A stretch of DNA of 64,000 nt from Candidatus Bathyarchaeia archaeon (GTDB taxonomy: Archaea; Thermoproteota; Bathyarchaeia; Bathyarchaeales; Bathycorpusculaceae), in contig JAVZLM010000008.1 in the NCBI GenBank assembly GCA_038883775.1, positions 62,618-126,617 on the forward strand, given 5' to 3'. The number at the start of each line of letters is the position of its first letter. Within the stretch, counting starts at the first letter, position 1. This document shows, in pieces, positions 17,514 to 27,561 of the stretch. The position numbers and the translations under genes are program-made. The notes beneath the pieces are model-generated. The model saw nothing but the letters and a program-made list of their open reading frames with translations. It had not been told where the DNA came from and did not search any database.

Positions 17514-19967
17514 TTAATATTCGCTTGTGAAACTTATTTCTGGAAATTCTCTGACTTGTCTGCCCTTACCTTTTTCGGATAAGATTTCAAGCTGCAGGAT
17601 TTTGCATGTTCCAGCAATGTCTTCTTTGTTTTCGCTGATTATTCGCGCAAATTCGCTTTTTCCAGCATATGTTTTCACTCTTTTAATTGGCATGTTGAGG
17701 GGTTTTCTCTTCTCAGCCTTTTCCCTTCTAATTTCTGTTATTAAAGCCATTACTAAATCGCCTTTTCTTTCAGCTTCCTCATCCAAATTTTCCATTTTTG
17801 TTTCTGGCCAAGGTGTTAATTGTAGGCTTTTTTGTCCTATGTTTTCAGCGTATATTGTTTGGTAAATTTCCTCTGTTATGTGAGGCGTTATAGGAGCTAG
17901 CAACTGAATTATGCGGTATAGAACATTGTAGAGAGTGAACTGCACAGCCTTTCTTTTTTGTTCTCCGTAAATTTCTGGTTTGTAAAGCCTGTCCTTTACG
18001 GCTTCTATGTATTGGTCACAGAAAATGTGCCATGTGAAGTTGCGAATTTCCTCAAGTGCTGTGTTGAATTGGCAGTTTTCTAAGGCTTCCGTAACTTTTT
18101 GTGTAACCTTCTCCAGTTTGCTTAAAATCCATTTGTCTAAAAGTTGCAAGTCACCTTTCTCTTCTGCTTTATAATCCTTTAATTGGGTGCTGGTGAATCG
18201 TGCCGCATTCCACAATTTAGTCAAGAAGCGCCTTCCATAATCCACATCTTGCCATCGGAATGGAATGTCCGAACCCGTGGCTCCACCACCAGCAGCCCAT
18301 TGTCTTGTTGCGTCTGCACCATATTTTGAAAAAACTTCTAAGGAAGGCACGTAATTTCCCAAAGACTTGTGCATCATTCGCCCGTCTGTGCCTAAAACCA
18401 TTCCGTTGATTAGGCAACTCTTGTAGGGTTTCTCATCAAATAAAGCGAGATGCCTAACCATCAGATAATAAGCCCATGTACGGATAATATCAACGCCTGA
18501 TGGGTGCATATCCGCCGGAAAAAGCCTCCGCCAATCCTTTCTGTCTGGCCAGCCAGCATGGACTGCGCATGTTATTGAGGAGTCAAACCATGTGTCTAAA
18601 ACATCTTTTTCGGGCTTGAACTTTTTTGAGCCACATTTTGGGCATTCTGCAATTTTTGGATTTTCTATTTTTGGGTCTATGGGCAGCCATTCTGGTTCAG
18701 CTAGAATTGTTTCGCCGCAGTTTTGGCAGTACCATATTGGTATGGGCGTTGCAAAGACCCTTTGGCGGGATATCACCCAGTCCCAGTCAAGGGATTTTGC
18801 CCAGTTTATCAGGCGATATTTCATATAGTCTGGATACCACTTAACCTCTAAAGCATTCTTTTCCAGCTTATCCGTGAGGATGCGCGTCTTCATGAACCAT
18901 TGTTCTCTTTCAAGAATTTCTATTGGAGTGTGGCATCTCCAGCAAACACCAACCTCCTGCGTGAGAGGTTCAGTTTTTTCTAGAAGACCATCTCTTTTTA
19001 AATCTTCTACTATGGCTTTTTTCGCTTCTTCGATGGTTAATCCAGCATATTTTCCAGCATTCTCTGTCATCCTTCCTTTCTCGTCTATGCACATTATGAC
19101 TGGCAAATTATGCTTCACAACGCTTTTTACGTCAGCCTTATCTCCGTAAGTGCATATCATCACCACACCTGTTCCGAATTCGGGTTCAACAAGCTCGTCT
19201 GTGATTATTTCAACGATTCGATTGGTTGTTGGCACATGAATCTTCTTGCCAACGTACTGTTTATAACGTTCATCGTGGGGGTTTACGGCAACGGTTACGC
19301 ATGCTGGAATGAGCTCTGGTCTTGTGGTGGCTATTGTTAGGAAACCGTCGCCTTCCAGTTTAAATTTGATAAAATGTAGGTTTGCAGTTCTTGTTTCATA
19401 TTCTACTTCGGCATCGGCTATGGCTGTTTCGCATCTTGGACACCAGTTAACTGGATGGGTTCCACGATAAATGAAGCCTTTCTTATATAACAGAACGAAG
19501 GAGAGTTGGGTGCGCCTCCAATAGTTCGGGTCCATAGTCTTATATTCGGTTGTCCAATCTATTGAGCATCCAAGCCGGGTGATGGCTTCCTTCATAAGCC
19601 CTATATACTTTTCCACATGCTCTTCACAGAGTTTTCTAAACTTGTCTGGTGGTAAGTCTGTCTTCTTGATTTTATGTTTCTTTTCAACCTCCACTTCCGT
19701 TGGCAAGCCGTGGCAGTCCCATCCTTGGGGAAAATAAACATTATAGCCTCTCATGCGCTTGTAGCGGGCTACTATGTCAAAGTATGTCCAATTCAAGACT
19801 AAACCCATGTGAAACTCGCCGGAAGGATAGGGCGGAGGCGTATCAATGCTAAAAACTGGACGCTTCTCATCCTTCCAATCAAAACGGTAAACACCCATCT
19901 CCTCCCACTTCTCTTGCCACTTCCTCTCAATTTCAATGGGATTGAATTCTTTAGGCAAAGGCTTCAT
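17514..19967 (-). CDS. valS: Valyl-tRNA synthetase
   Basis: IDTPPPYPSG, GWDCHGLP, DWVISRQR, DTWFDS; start approximate. Confidence 0.95.
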   Translation of the reverse strand: MKPLPKEFNPIEIERKWQEKWEEMGVYRFDWKDEKRPVFSIDTPPPYPSGEFHMGLVLNWTYFDIVARYKRMRGYNVYFPQGWDCHGLPTEVEVEKKHKIKKTDLPPDKFRKLCEEHVEKYIGLMKEAITRLGCSIDWTTEYKTMDPNYWRRTQLSFVLLYKKGFIYRGTHPVNWCPRCETAIADAEVEYETRTANLHFIKFKLEGDGFLTIATTRPELIPACVTVAVNPHDERYKQYVGKKIHVPTTNRIVEIITDELVEPEFGTGVVMICTYGDKADVKSVVKHNLPVIMCIDEKGRMTENAGKYAGLTIEEAKKAIVEDLKRDGLLEKTEPLTQEVGVCWRCHTPIEILEREQWFMKTRILTDKLEKNALEVKWYPDYMKYRLINWAKSLDWDWVISRQRVFATPIPIWYCQNCGETILAEPEWLPIDPKIENPKIAECPKCGSKKFKPEKDVLDTWFDSSITCAVHAGWPDRKDWRRLFPADMHPSGVDIIRTWAYYLMVRHLALFDEKPYKSCLINGMVLGTDGRMMHKSLGNYVPSLEVFSKYGADATRQWAAGGGATGSDIPFRWQDVDYGRRFLTKLWNAARFTSTQLKDYKAEEKGDLQLLDKWILSKLEKVTQKVTEALENCQFNTALEEIRNFTWHIFCDQYIEAVKDRLYKPEIYGEQKRKAVQFTLYNVLYRIIQLLAPITPHITEEIYQTIYAENIGQKSLQLTPWPETKMENLDEEAERKGDLVMALITEIRREKAEKRKPLNMPIKRVKTYAGKSEFARIISENKEDIAGTCKILQLEILSEKGKGRQVREFPEISFTSEY

Positions 19968-20040
19968 ACCCAACATCTCAGTAGCCATTAACTTTAGGAA
20001 AGATAAATATACGAGTAAATAACAATTACCCCCACCCAAA

Positions 20041-20136
20041 GGTTTGGGGGAGCTGGGTTATGACCCGGCTGAGAGGACGGCTGAAAGCCGTCGACCCCTA
20101 GAACCTGATCCGGATAATGCCGGCGGAGGGAAAACC
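20041..20136 (+). ncRNA. TPP (THI-box) riboswitch
   Basis: GGGG...GCTGAGA...ACCC...GAACCTGATCCGGATAATGCCGGCGGAGGGA consensus; P1 GGTTT/AAACC; directly upstream of thiamine salvage genes. Confidence 0.92.
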
Positions 20137-21426
20137 GTGAAAAAGAGTAAAAAGAAATTTGGCTTTAAGCTGCCTCCAGAATGGGGAGCAGATCCAGTAC
20201 CATCGGAAAAGAAGATTTTGGGGTTGTTTGATTATTTCATTTTATGGTCTAGCTTGGCTGTTGGTTTGCTTGTGCTTCAGGCTGGCGGTTTGCTTGTTCC
20301 TGGCTTGTCTTTGGTTGAAGCGGTTGCTGTGGCTGTTTTGGGTTCTGTTGTTGGTTCGTTGATGTTGGCTTTGGCTGGTGGTTTAGGAAGCAAATATGGC
20401 ATACCAACGATGGTGAGTTTGAGGGCGGTTTTGGGATTGAAGGGCTCTTTTGCTCCCACAATACTTAATGTGATTCAGCTTATTGGGTGGGCATCCTTCG
20501 AAATAATAATAATGGCAAATTCAGCCATAAGCATTACAGGCTCATTTTTAGGTCCATACACTTTATACTTTTGGATTATAGTTTTTGCAGTTTGGTGTTT
20601 TCTCTTATGTGTTGGAGGACCATTAGTTGTTATAAGACATTGGTTAGAAAAATTTGCCATCTGGTTCACTTATGGAACAGCCATCTACATAACCTACATA
20701 GTTCTTTCAAAATTCCCCCAGCTGTTGGCTTCGACTGGAGATGGCACTTTGTCCATACCACTAGCCTTAGACCTTGTTATAGCAATGCCAATATCATGGT
20801 GGCCATTAATATCAGATTATAACAGGTTTTCAAAAAGTGAAAAAGACGCTTTTCTAGGAACCCTTTCAGGCTATACTTTCGCAAACTCTTGGTTTTATGC
20901 TTTAGGCGCCTTGCTTGTTTTAGCTTATCCCGAAGAAAGCATAATTTACTCAATAGCTTCCATAACTTTTGGAGGTTTGGCTTTAACTTTGCTTTTGATG
21001 GATGAAACCGACAATTGCTTTGCAGACATATATTCTGGAGCTGTTTCTATACAAAATATCTCGCCAAAAACTAAACAACTAAAAATCGTTGCCGCAATAA
21101 CCGTTGTAAGCGCTTTATTAGCAGCTTTGATGCCTACTGAATGGCAAACAGCCTATGAAGGTTTCCTATTGTATATAGGAGCTGTTTTTGTCCCTTTGCT
21201 TGGCGTTCTTGCCGTGGACTTTTACCTAATCAGAAAAAGAGCATATAGCTTAGAAGAATTTTATTCTACGAGTAAAGGTTTAAGGGTTAAGCCCATAATT
21301 TCTTGGTTTATAGGCGTAATCGTATACTTCTACTTCATATTTTACAATTATACTACATGGGGTTCAAGCATACCATCCTTCATAATTTCCGCCTTTATGC
21401 TTTATGTTTTGGAGAAGGTGATTTGA
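20137..21426 (+). CDS. cytX: NCS1/cytosine-permease family transporter, CytX-like (putative HMP/thiamine precursor uptake)
   Basis: About 12 TM segments, MPISWWPLISDYNRF; GTG start after the riboswitch. Confidence 0.8.
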   Translation: MKKSKKKFGFKLPPEWGADPVPSEKKILGLFDYFILWSSLAVGLLVLQAGGLLVPGLSLVEAVAVAVLGSVVGSLMLALAGGLGSKYGIPTMVSLRAVLGLKGSFAPTILNVIQLIGWASFEIIIMANSAISITGSFLGPYTLYFWIIVFAVWCFLLCVGGPLVVIRHWLEKFAIWFTYGTAIYITYIVLSKFPQLLASTGDGTLSIPLALDLVIAMPISWWPLISDYNRFSKSEKDAFLGTLSGYTFANSWFYALGALLVLAYPEESIIYSIASITFGGLALTLLLMDETDNCFADIYSGAVSIQNISPKTKQLKIVAAITVVSALLAALMPTEWQTAYEGFLLYIGAVFVPLLGVLAVDFYLIRKRAYSLEEFYSTSKGLRVKPIISWFIGVIVYFYFIFYNYTTWGSSIPSFIISAFMLYVLEKVI

Positions 21427-21427
21427 A

Positions 21428-22801
21428 ATGTTCGAAATAAGAAAAGTGCAGCGCAAAATTCCAGTGGCGATAACGATTGCTGGAAGCGATTCTGGAGGAG
21501 GCGCTGGAATTCAAGCAGACCTTAAAACCTTTGCAGCCTTAGGCGTTCACGGCACAACGGCAATAACTTCGGTTACCGCCCAAAACACCTATTCCGTTAA
21601 GGCTGTTGAAGACTTGAAACCAGAAATTATCCGCGAACAAATTAGGGCTGTGGCTGAAGATTTTGGCATAGACGCTGGAAAAACTGGAATGCTCCACACA
21701 TGGGAAATAATAGAAACTGTTGCCTCTGAAGTTTCAAAATATGATTTTCCATTAGTTGTTGACCCAGTCATGATTGCAAAATCTGGAGCGCCACTACTAA
21801 AGCCAGAAGCCATAAACGCATTAAAGAATCGTTTGCTGCCTTTAGCCACAGTTTTAACTCCAAACAAGCTTGAAGCTGAAAAACTTTCAGAAATAGAAAT
21901 TAGCAATTTAAAGAAGGCTGAAATTGCAGCTAAAAAAATTTCTGAAATGGGACCAAAGGCCGTGGTGATTAAGGGCGGACATCTAGAAGGAGAAGAAGTA
22001 ACAGACATTCTCTTTTATGAGGGCAAAATTAGAAAGTTCAGCGCTCCAAGAATTGATTCAAAAACCACCCATGGAACTGGATGCAGCTTTTCCGCCGCTA
22101 TCGCTGCAGGACTTGCCAAAAAATTGGATATTCCAACAGCTGTTGAAAACGCCAAAAAGCTTGTGACTTTGAGCATAAGGTTTGGCTTAGAAATTGGAAA
22201 GGGGTATGGTCCAGTAAATCCCATGGCGCATCTTTACCGTGAAGTCTCAAAATATTATGTTCTGCAGAATCTGGAAAAGTCTAAGGCTTTGCTTGAAGCA
22301 AACTCTGAAATTGCCATGCTTATCCCAGAGGTGGGCATGAACGTCGCCATGGCTATTCCCCATCCAGAAAGTGTTGAGGATGTAGCTGCCATAGACGGCA
22401 GAATAGTGAAAACAACTGAAGGCGTTAGAGCAGTTGGAAATCCAAAATTTGGCGCTTCTCGCCATCTCGCCAAATACCTTCTTGAAATTGTTAAGCATGA
22501 TGAGAATAAAAGGGCGGCGATAAATCTGAAATTTTCAGAGGAAACTCTAAAGATTTTGGAAAAGCATAAAATGATAATTTCTTTCTATGACCGCACAAAA
22601 GAGCCAGAGGAAATAAAAAGGGTTGAGGGAATGAGTATACCATGGGGCGTAAAGGAAGCTATAAAGAAAACTGGAAAGGCTCCAGACGTGATTTACCATA
22701 GAGGCGACATTGGAAAAGAACCGATGATAGTGGTTTTTGGCGAAGGCGCCTACCAACTAGCTGAATTTGTTGTTAAAATTGCAAGGGAGAGCCAAAGGTG
22801 A
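21428..22801 (+). CDS. thiD: Bifunctional HMP/HMP-P kinase and ThiN thiamine-phosphate synthase (ThiDN)
   Basis: AGSDSGGGAGIQADLKT, THGTGC; C-terminal IPEVGMN...GKEPMI ThiN domain. Confidence 0.93.
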   Translation: MFEIRKVQRKIPVAITIAGSDSGGGAGIQADLKTFAALGVHGTTAITSVTAQNTYSVKAVEDLKPEIIREQIRAVAEDFGIDAGKTGMLHTWEIIETVASEVSKYDFPLVVDPVMIAKSGAPLLKPEAINALKNRLLPLATVLTPNKLEAEKLSEIEISNLKKAEIAAKKISEMGPKAVVIKGGHLEGEEVTDILFYEGKIRKFSAPRIDSKTTHGTGCSFSAAIAAGLAKKLDIPTAVENAKKLVTLSIRFGLEIGKGYGPVNPMAHLYREVSKYYVLQNLEKSKALLEANSEIAMLIPEVGMNVAMAIPHPESVEDVAAIDGRIVKTTEGVRAVGNPKFGASRHLAKYLLEIVKHDENKRAAINLKFSEETLKILEKHKMIISFYDRTKEPEEIKRVEGMSIPWGVKEAIKKTGKAPDVIYHRGDIGKEPMIVVFGEGAYQLAEFVVKIARESQR

Positions 22802-23376
22802 ATCAAGCTCACATTAAAAAGTTAGCCCTCGTAATAGTTTTTTCAGCTTTAGGAACAGCAATTTCGCCATTCACATGGTTTTATGCTTTTGGAACAAAGG
22901 CAAATCCAGCACAACACATGATAAACGCCATACTTGGAGCGCTTGCAGGTCCACTCTGGGCAGCATTAGCCGCAATTATAATAGGCATCATGCGAAACAT
23001 GTTGGGTGTGGGAACGATCTATGCCTTTCCAGGGGGTATACCAGGCGGCATAGTTGTTGGCATAATATACTGGGTGCTTAAACGTTTAAAAAGAAGCGAA
23101 AAAACAGCTTTAATTTCAGCTCTCACAGAACCAATAGGAACAATACTCATAGGCGCTCCCTTAGCCCTCTTCTTAATAGCTCCATGGATAGGACCTCAAG
23201 GCTATTCAGCAACCCTTTTAGAATTAATAGCAAATGAGGGACCAACATTTGCATTCTTAACATTTGGATTTTGGTGGGCTTTAAGCTGTGTTCCAGGAAG
23301 CATCATAGGGTTTGCAATTCTCCTAATTTTGAATAGGGTTGGAATAGATAGGGAGACTTTGTTTGGAGAGAAATAA
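22798..23376 (+). CDS. thiW: ECF transporter S component ThiW
   Basis: PAQHMINAI, GTIYAFPGGIPG, EPIGT; thiamine operon context. Confidence 0.85.
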   Translation: MNQAHIKKLALVIVFSALGTAISPFTWFYAFGTKANPAQHMINAILGALAGPLWAALAAIIIGIMRNMLGVGTIYAFPGGIPGGIVVGIIYWVLKRLKRSEKTALISALTEPIGTILIGAPLALFLIAPWIGPQGYSATLLELIANEGPTFAFLTFGFWWALSCVPGSIIGFAILLILNRVGIDRETLFGEK

Positions 23377-23938
23377 ACAAAAAATTCATTTGAAGGGCAA
23401 AGAAATTCTTGGAAAAAAAGTTTTAATTCTAGGAGAGGCTGGTTCTGGAAAAACTAGGCTGACAGCACAACTCCTTAAGGAACTGATGCAATTAGTGAAT
23501 TCTGAAAATATAACCGTTATTGATTTGGCTCCAAAAAGGGTTGGCAAGTTTGGCGGAAAACTAACAGATTATTTGGAAATAGGTGGCAAAGTTAAATATT
23601 ATTCGCCAAAGCATGTTTACACGCCTAGGCTATCTGGAAAATCGCCAAAACAAATTTTGCAATATGCGGAATTGAATAAGAGGAACATGCAGCCATTATT
23701 TGACGAATTTATTCAGAATGCCACTGAGGTTCTTGTGATAAATGATATAACCCTTTATCTCCATTGCGGCGAATTAGAAACAGTTTTAGAATGCGTAAAG
23801 TTGGCTAAGACTTTCTTAGCCACCGCCTATTATGGCTCGAAGCTTGCAGAAGATTTGGGAACTGGAATAAGCTTAAGAGAAAGGCAATTAATCGATAGGT
23901 TAGCTGCTTTCATGGATTTGGTTGTCAAAATTAGTTAG
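23363..23938 (+). CDS. P-loop NTPase of unknown function
   Basis: Walker A GEAGSGKT. Confidence 0.7.
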   Translation: MERNKQKIHLKGKEILGKKVLILGEAGSGKTRLTAQLLKELMQLVNSENITVIDLAPKRVGKFGGKLTDYLEIGGKVKYYSPKHVYTPRLSGKSPKQILQYAELNKRNMQPLFDEFIQNATEVLVINDITLYLHCGELETVLECVKLAKTFLATAYYGSKLAEDLGTGISLRERQLIDRLAAFMDLVVKIS

Positions 23939-24717
23939 TTTAAAAGAATTCTTTCAGCGCCTGTATAGATGTTCATTCGGTTTCCGCGTACAAACCCTAT
24001 GAGGGTTAAGCCTAAATCCTTAGCAATAGCAACGCCAAAATCTAATGCTGCAGCCAAAGAGGCGATTATTGGTAAGCCAACTCTTGCCGCTTTAAGAACC
24101 ATGTCGCCTGTTAACCTTCCACTTAGGGCGAGAAAGCATGTGCTAAAGTCTATTTTGTTTAGCGCTGCCGTACCAATTACCTTGTCAACGGCATTGTGAC
24201 GACCAACATCCTCAGCAAAAGCAGCTAGTTCTCCGTCACTTTTGTAAATGGCGGCGACATGGACCCCGCCAGTTTTTCTAAAAGTTTCTGCAATAAAGTT
24301 CAAGTTTTTTACACTGTTTAAGATTGTTTCTGCTTTCACTTTTAGGTTTGAGTTGATTTTTGGAATTTTTCTAGAAAATGGGTAAGCAAATGGGCTTCCG
24401 CAGGCGGATGTGATTATGCGAGAAAAATGTTGCGAAAGCTTCAGCCTTTTTTCCACGTCTATATTAGATTTGATTTTGACATGGCATGTTTCGTTTTTTA
24501 GGTTTACCTCTTCTATTTCTTCCAAGAATTTCAGAATCCCTTCGGAGAGTAAGTTTCCAATGGCTAGTTCTTTTAGGTTTGATGGAGAACAGAGAATGGT
24601 TGCGTGATGGGTTTTGTTTATGAATATGTGGAGTGGCTTTTCTTCTGCCACGTAATCCTTCACTTTATTAGCTTCTCGGGCTGAAATGTCAATTTTAACT
24701 ATTTCGACCTCACGCAT
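23935..24717 (-). CDS. fdhD: Formate dehydrogenase accessory sulfurtransferase FdhD
   Basis: TSACG, FRKTGGVH, EDVGRHNAVDK. Confidence 0.93.
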   Translation of the reverse strand: MREVEIVKIDISAREANKVKDYVAEEKPLHIFINKTHHATILCSPSNLKELAIGNLLSEGILKFLEEIEEVNLKNETCHVKIKSNIDVEKRLKLSQHFSRIITSACGSPFAYPFSRKIPKINSNLKVKAETILNSVKNLNFIAETFRKTGGVHVAAIYKSDGELAAFAEDVGRHNAVDKVIGTAALNKIDFSTCFLALSGRLTGDMVLKAARVGLPIIASLAAALDFGVAIAKDLGLTLIGFVRGNRMNIYTGAERILLN

Positions 24718-24734
24718 TTTCGATACCCTCCTCT

Positions 24735-25613
24735 CTATTTTTTAACTTCAGACAATACGAAATTTACGATTTCGTCGGCAATATTCACTTTGGTTACTGA
24801 CTGCAAGCCTCTCCATCCTGGTTGACTGTTAACCTCAACAACTAATGGTCCTTTTGGGCTTTCTAGAATGTCTACGCCAGCAATTTTGCAATCGATTAGT
24901 TTTGCAGATTTAACAGCCAAATCTTCCATAGCCTTATCAAGCGTGACTGGTTCGGGTCTGGCTCCTTGACTGTAATTTGTTTTCCAGGTGTTTGAAACAC
25001 GGCGCATGGCTGCAACCACATGGTCGCCGACAACGAAGGCACGGATATCGGAAAATCCATGGTGTATAAACTCTTGGATGTATATGACGCCGTGATAGAA
25101 GGTTATGTTTCTAAAAATTGTTGAGGCAATTTCCGCATCCTTAACCCTTGTTGAGCCTATTCCTCTGGAGCCGAAAAGGGGTTTAACAACGACGTCTCCG
25201 CCAAGCTCATTAAACGCCTTCAAAGCTTCGTCGACGTTTTCTGTTACTGCTGTGCGTGGTACTGGAACGCCATTTTCTTCCAAAATTGCCAAAATATCAT
25301 ATTTATCAACGCAATGTTCAATGGCTTCAGGCGGGTTTATAACATAGAAGCCTAAACGTTGAAGCCTATAAAGCATGTCCATCCTAAAAACTATCTCTTC
25401 TAGCGAACCACGCCCGATGGGACGAATTATTAGGGCGTCTAAATCTTCTAAGAGGCTTATGTTTCCAACTTTCAAGTATGGCTTATAGCCTATGTGAGCT
25501 GTTAATTGTGGAAAGCTGAAGCAGGTGTGGGGAATTTTGCGTTTTGTTAAGGCTTGTCTAAGCTGGGATGAGCTCCAAGAATTTCTGTTTCGGGTAACAA
25601 TTCCAATTTTCAA
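24735..25613 (-). CDS. RimK-family ATP-grasp ligase (tetrahydromethanopterin:glutamate ligase MptN-like)
   Basis: VVKPLFGSRGIG, WKTNYSQG, EVNSQPGW; H4MPT gene neighbourhood. Confidence 0.85.
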   Translation of the reverse strand: MKIGIVTRNRNSWSSSQLRQALTKRKIPHTCFSFPQLTAHIGYKPYLKVGNISLLEDLDALIIRPIGRGSLEEIVFRMDMLYRLQRLGFYVINPPEAIEHCVDKYDILAILEENGVPVPRTAVTENVDEALKAFNELGGDVVVKPLFGSRGIGSTRVKDAEIASTIFRNITFYHGVIYIQEFIHHGFSDIRAFVVGDHVVAAMRRVSNTWKTNYSQGARPEPVTLDKAMEDLAVKSAKLIDCKIAGVDILESPKGPLVVEVNSQPGWRGLQSVTKVNIADEIVNFVLSEVKK

Positions 25614-25803
25614 AAGCGAAACCTTCTAATTGCTTAATCTGTGAAGATACTAGAGAAAAGAATTTAATTAACGATTTGGTGTTTCACTCAGTTTTTGGCT
25701 GTGGCTTTGAATTATGGATGATTTGCGCATAATGGAAAAAATAAGAATAGACATCACATGGAAAAGGCTGCAAAAATATTCCGTTAACAGCGATTAACAG
25801 AAG

Positions 25804-25992
25804 TCATCTAAGATTTACTGGACATTTTGGACATTTTAAATGGTAAGTTCTTTGGCTACCAAGGTGAGGTTTGGAAGCGGATAAGGCAGATTTGTGTGGG
25901 GCGGGCATAACCTCTGAAGTGCCTGGCGAAGATTGGTTTAGCCTTGAGACGTGAAATTTGTGACCGCAAATGGAACAACGATAATTGTATGC
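25804..25992 (-). pseudogene. Start-less 62-codon frame encoding a CxxC...CxxC zinc ribbon
   Basis: Translates AYNYRCSICGHKF...HLKCPKC; GAGGTG SD upstream but TAA where a start is expected. Confidence 0.4.
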
Positions 25993-26014
25993 TTAATTGC
26001 ACCTCTTTCTTCTT

Positions 26015-26452
26015 TCAGGTAACTTTTTGGATGGTGTAAATTCGGTTAAGGTAACGAAAGTCATAAAGTATTAGTTTTTTATTTTTTCTCTCCCAGTTCA
26101 AGAAGAAAACTATTTTTGTTACATAGGTTGTAGGAACCGCTGGAAGAAGAAAACTAACCATCGGCACTCCCACTGATGGGCCGTAATTGAAGAGCAGAAA
26201 AACTAAGCAAAACACCGTGGGCATGCCAACGAGTAAAGTCAACATCAAAGTTTTAAGAGTAGTCTTGAATTCGCCATTAATTTCAAGACTACAACTTTGC
26301 CTCCATGCAATCAGAATTCCTAAACCCGAACCAAAAACTACTCCAAGACAGCTAAGGATGATATTAAAATTAACGATTGTTGAATCAAAAAAGCATATTA
26401 AAGCCCATAGCAAAAACAGGACACCATCAAAGAACACCGCTCTCGGTTTCAA
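26015..26452 (-). CDS. Hypothetical membrane protein
   Basis: 145 aa, about four hydrophobic segments. Confidence 0.65.
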   Translation of the reverse strand: MKPRAVFFDGVLFLLWALICFFDSTIVNFNIILSCLGVVFGSGLGILIAWRQSCSLEINGEFKTTLKTLMLTLLVGMPTVFCLVFLLFNYGPSVGVPMVSFLLPAVPTTYVTKIVFFLNWERKNKKLILYDFRYLNRIYTIQKVT

Positions 26453-26617
26453 CTCTCGAATCCCATAAATAATTGAAACAGAATGAGCCTATTAAATTTT
26501 CCACTTCATCAGAAAACTTCACTTAATAAAGGTTATCAGTATCTTAAGGAGGGCTTGTTTTATGTGATTATTCTGTTAATGATGATTAAAAGAGCAAGTT
26601 TCCGTGTCTTGCAACTT

Positions 26618-27553
26618 TTAAAACTTGCGAATGCAACCAATCAGTTTCTCAGCATTATCAAATCTTTCTGAAAGGTCAAATTCCAAGTAGGCACCATACG
26701 CATTAAAGTATGGTGCGCCTTTCCGTGAGAAAAGCGTTAAAATCATGCCTTCATGGTCTATTTTGAAGCCTTCATGGCATGGCTCATGTCCCCTAATAAG
26801 AAATTTCACATTAAACCTTTCAAGAATTTCCCTGGTTACTTTTTTGCCAAAGAGTTTTCCAGCTCCTCTTGGCGAGGCGCATGATTCGCTTATCCAATCG
26901 TTTGGGTCGTTCCAGAGTATTTCTTCAAGAAAGGGTTTTTCGGGGTGGTTTTTGTGGGCGTAAGCCAAATCCAACAGGGTTTTGGCTGTTGTTGGTAAGC
27001 CTCCGTGAATCATTAAGCAGCGTTCTTCAACAAAAACTGTAGTGTATAAGCAGCTGAACAGCTCGCGAATTTTTGTGTAGGCTTCCCTCCATTTCTCGCC
27101 AAATTTCATCTGAAACTCTAAAGGCAAATCATGCGGCGACGCAAGAAGGTCTTCTGGACCTTCATGGTTTCCACGCATCAAAACCACCTGCGATGGGAAA
27201 AGAAGCTTCAACTTTAAGACCGTGTGGTAAATTTCTTTTGAGTATTCTCCTCTGTCGCCATAATCCCCCAAAAAAATTAGAAGTGCATCGGGGTTTTGGT
27301 TCATTTTTTGCAGAAAACCGCTTTGTTGAAAGATTTGGATTAGACTTTCTAAATCGCCATGTAAATCGCCAATTATTAAGACTTCACCTTGAGGTTTTAC
27401 GCTTACAAGCCTTCCAATGATATTTAAGTTTCCCATTTTCCCATTTTCTTTTGAAAGCATTTGCGTGGCATCTTCAACCAATTTTACAAAGTCATCGCAT
27501 TGAATTTCCAAGGCTTCTTTAACAATTTCTGAAAAGTTTGCTTGCAAAATCAA
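26618..27553 (-). CDS. PPP-family serine/threonine protein phosphatase
   Basis: GDLHG, GDYGDRG, RGNHE, HGG, LWNDP, SPRGAG, RGHE. Confidence 0.92.
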   Translation of the reverse strand: MILQANFSEIVKEALEIQCDDFVKLVEDATQMLSKENGKMGNLNIIGRLVSVKPQGEVLIIGDLHGDLESLIQIFQQSGFLQKMNQNPDALLIFLGDYGDRGEYSKEIYHTVLKLKLLFPSQVVLMRGNHEGPEDLLASPHDLPLEFQMKFGEKWREAYTKIRELFSCLYTTVFVEERCLMIHGGLPTTAKTLLDLAYAHKNHPEKPFLEEILWNDPNDWISESCASPRGAGKLFGKKVTREILERFNVKFLIRGHEPCHEGFKIDHEGMILTLFSRKGAPYFNAYGAYLEFDLSERFDNAEKLIGCIRKF

Positions 27554-27561
27554 TCCTCAAA

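Noticed and set aside
20044-20136. N-terminal extension of the transporter ORF (MGELGYDPAER...)
   Set aside because: It is the TPP aptamer read in frame; the SD and GTG at 20137 give a better start.
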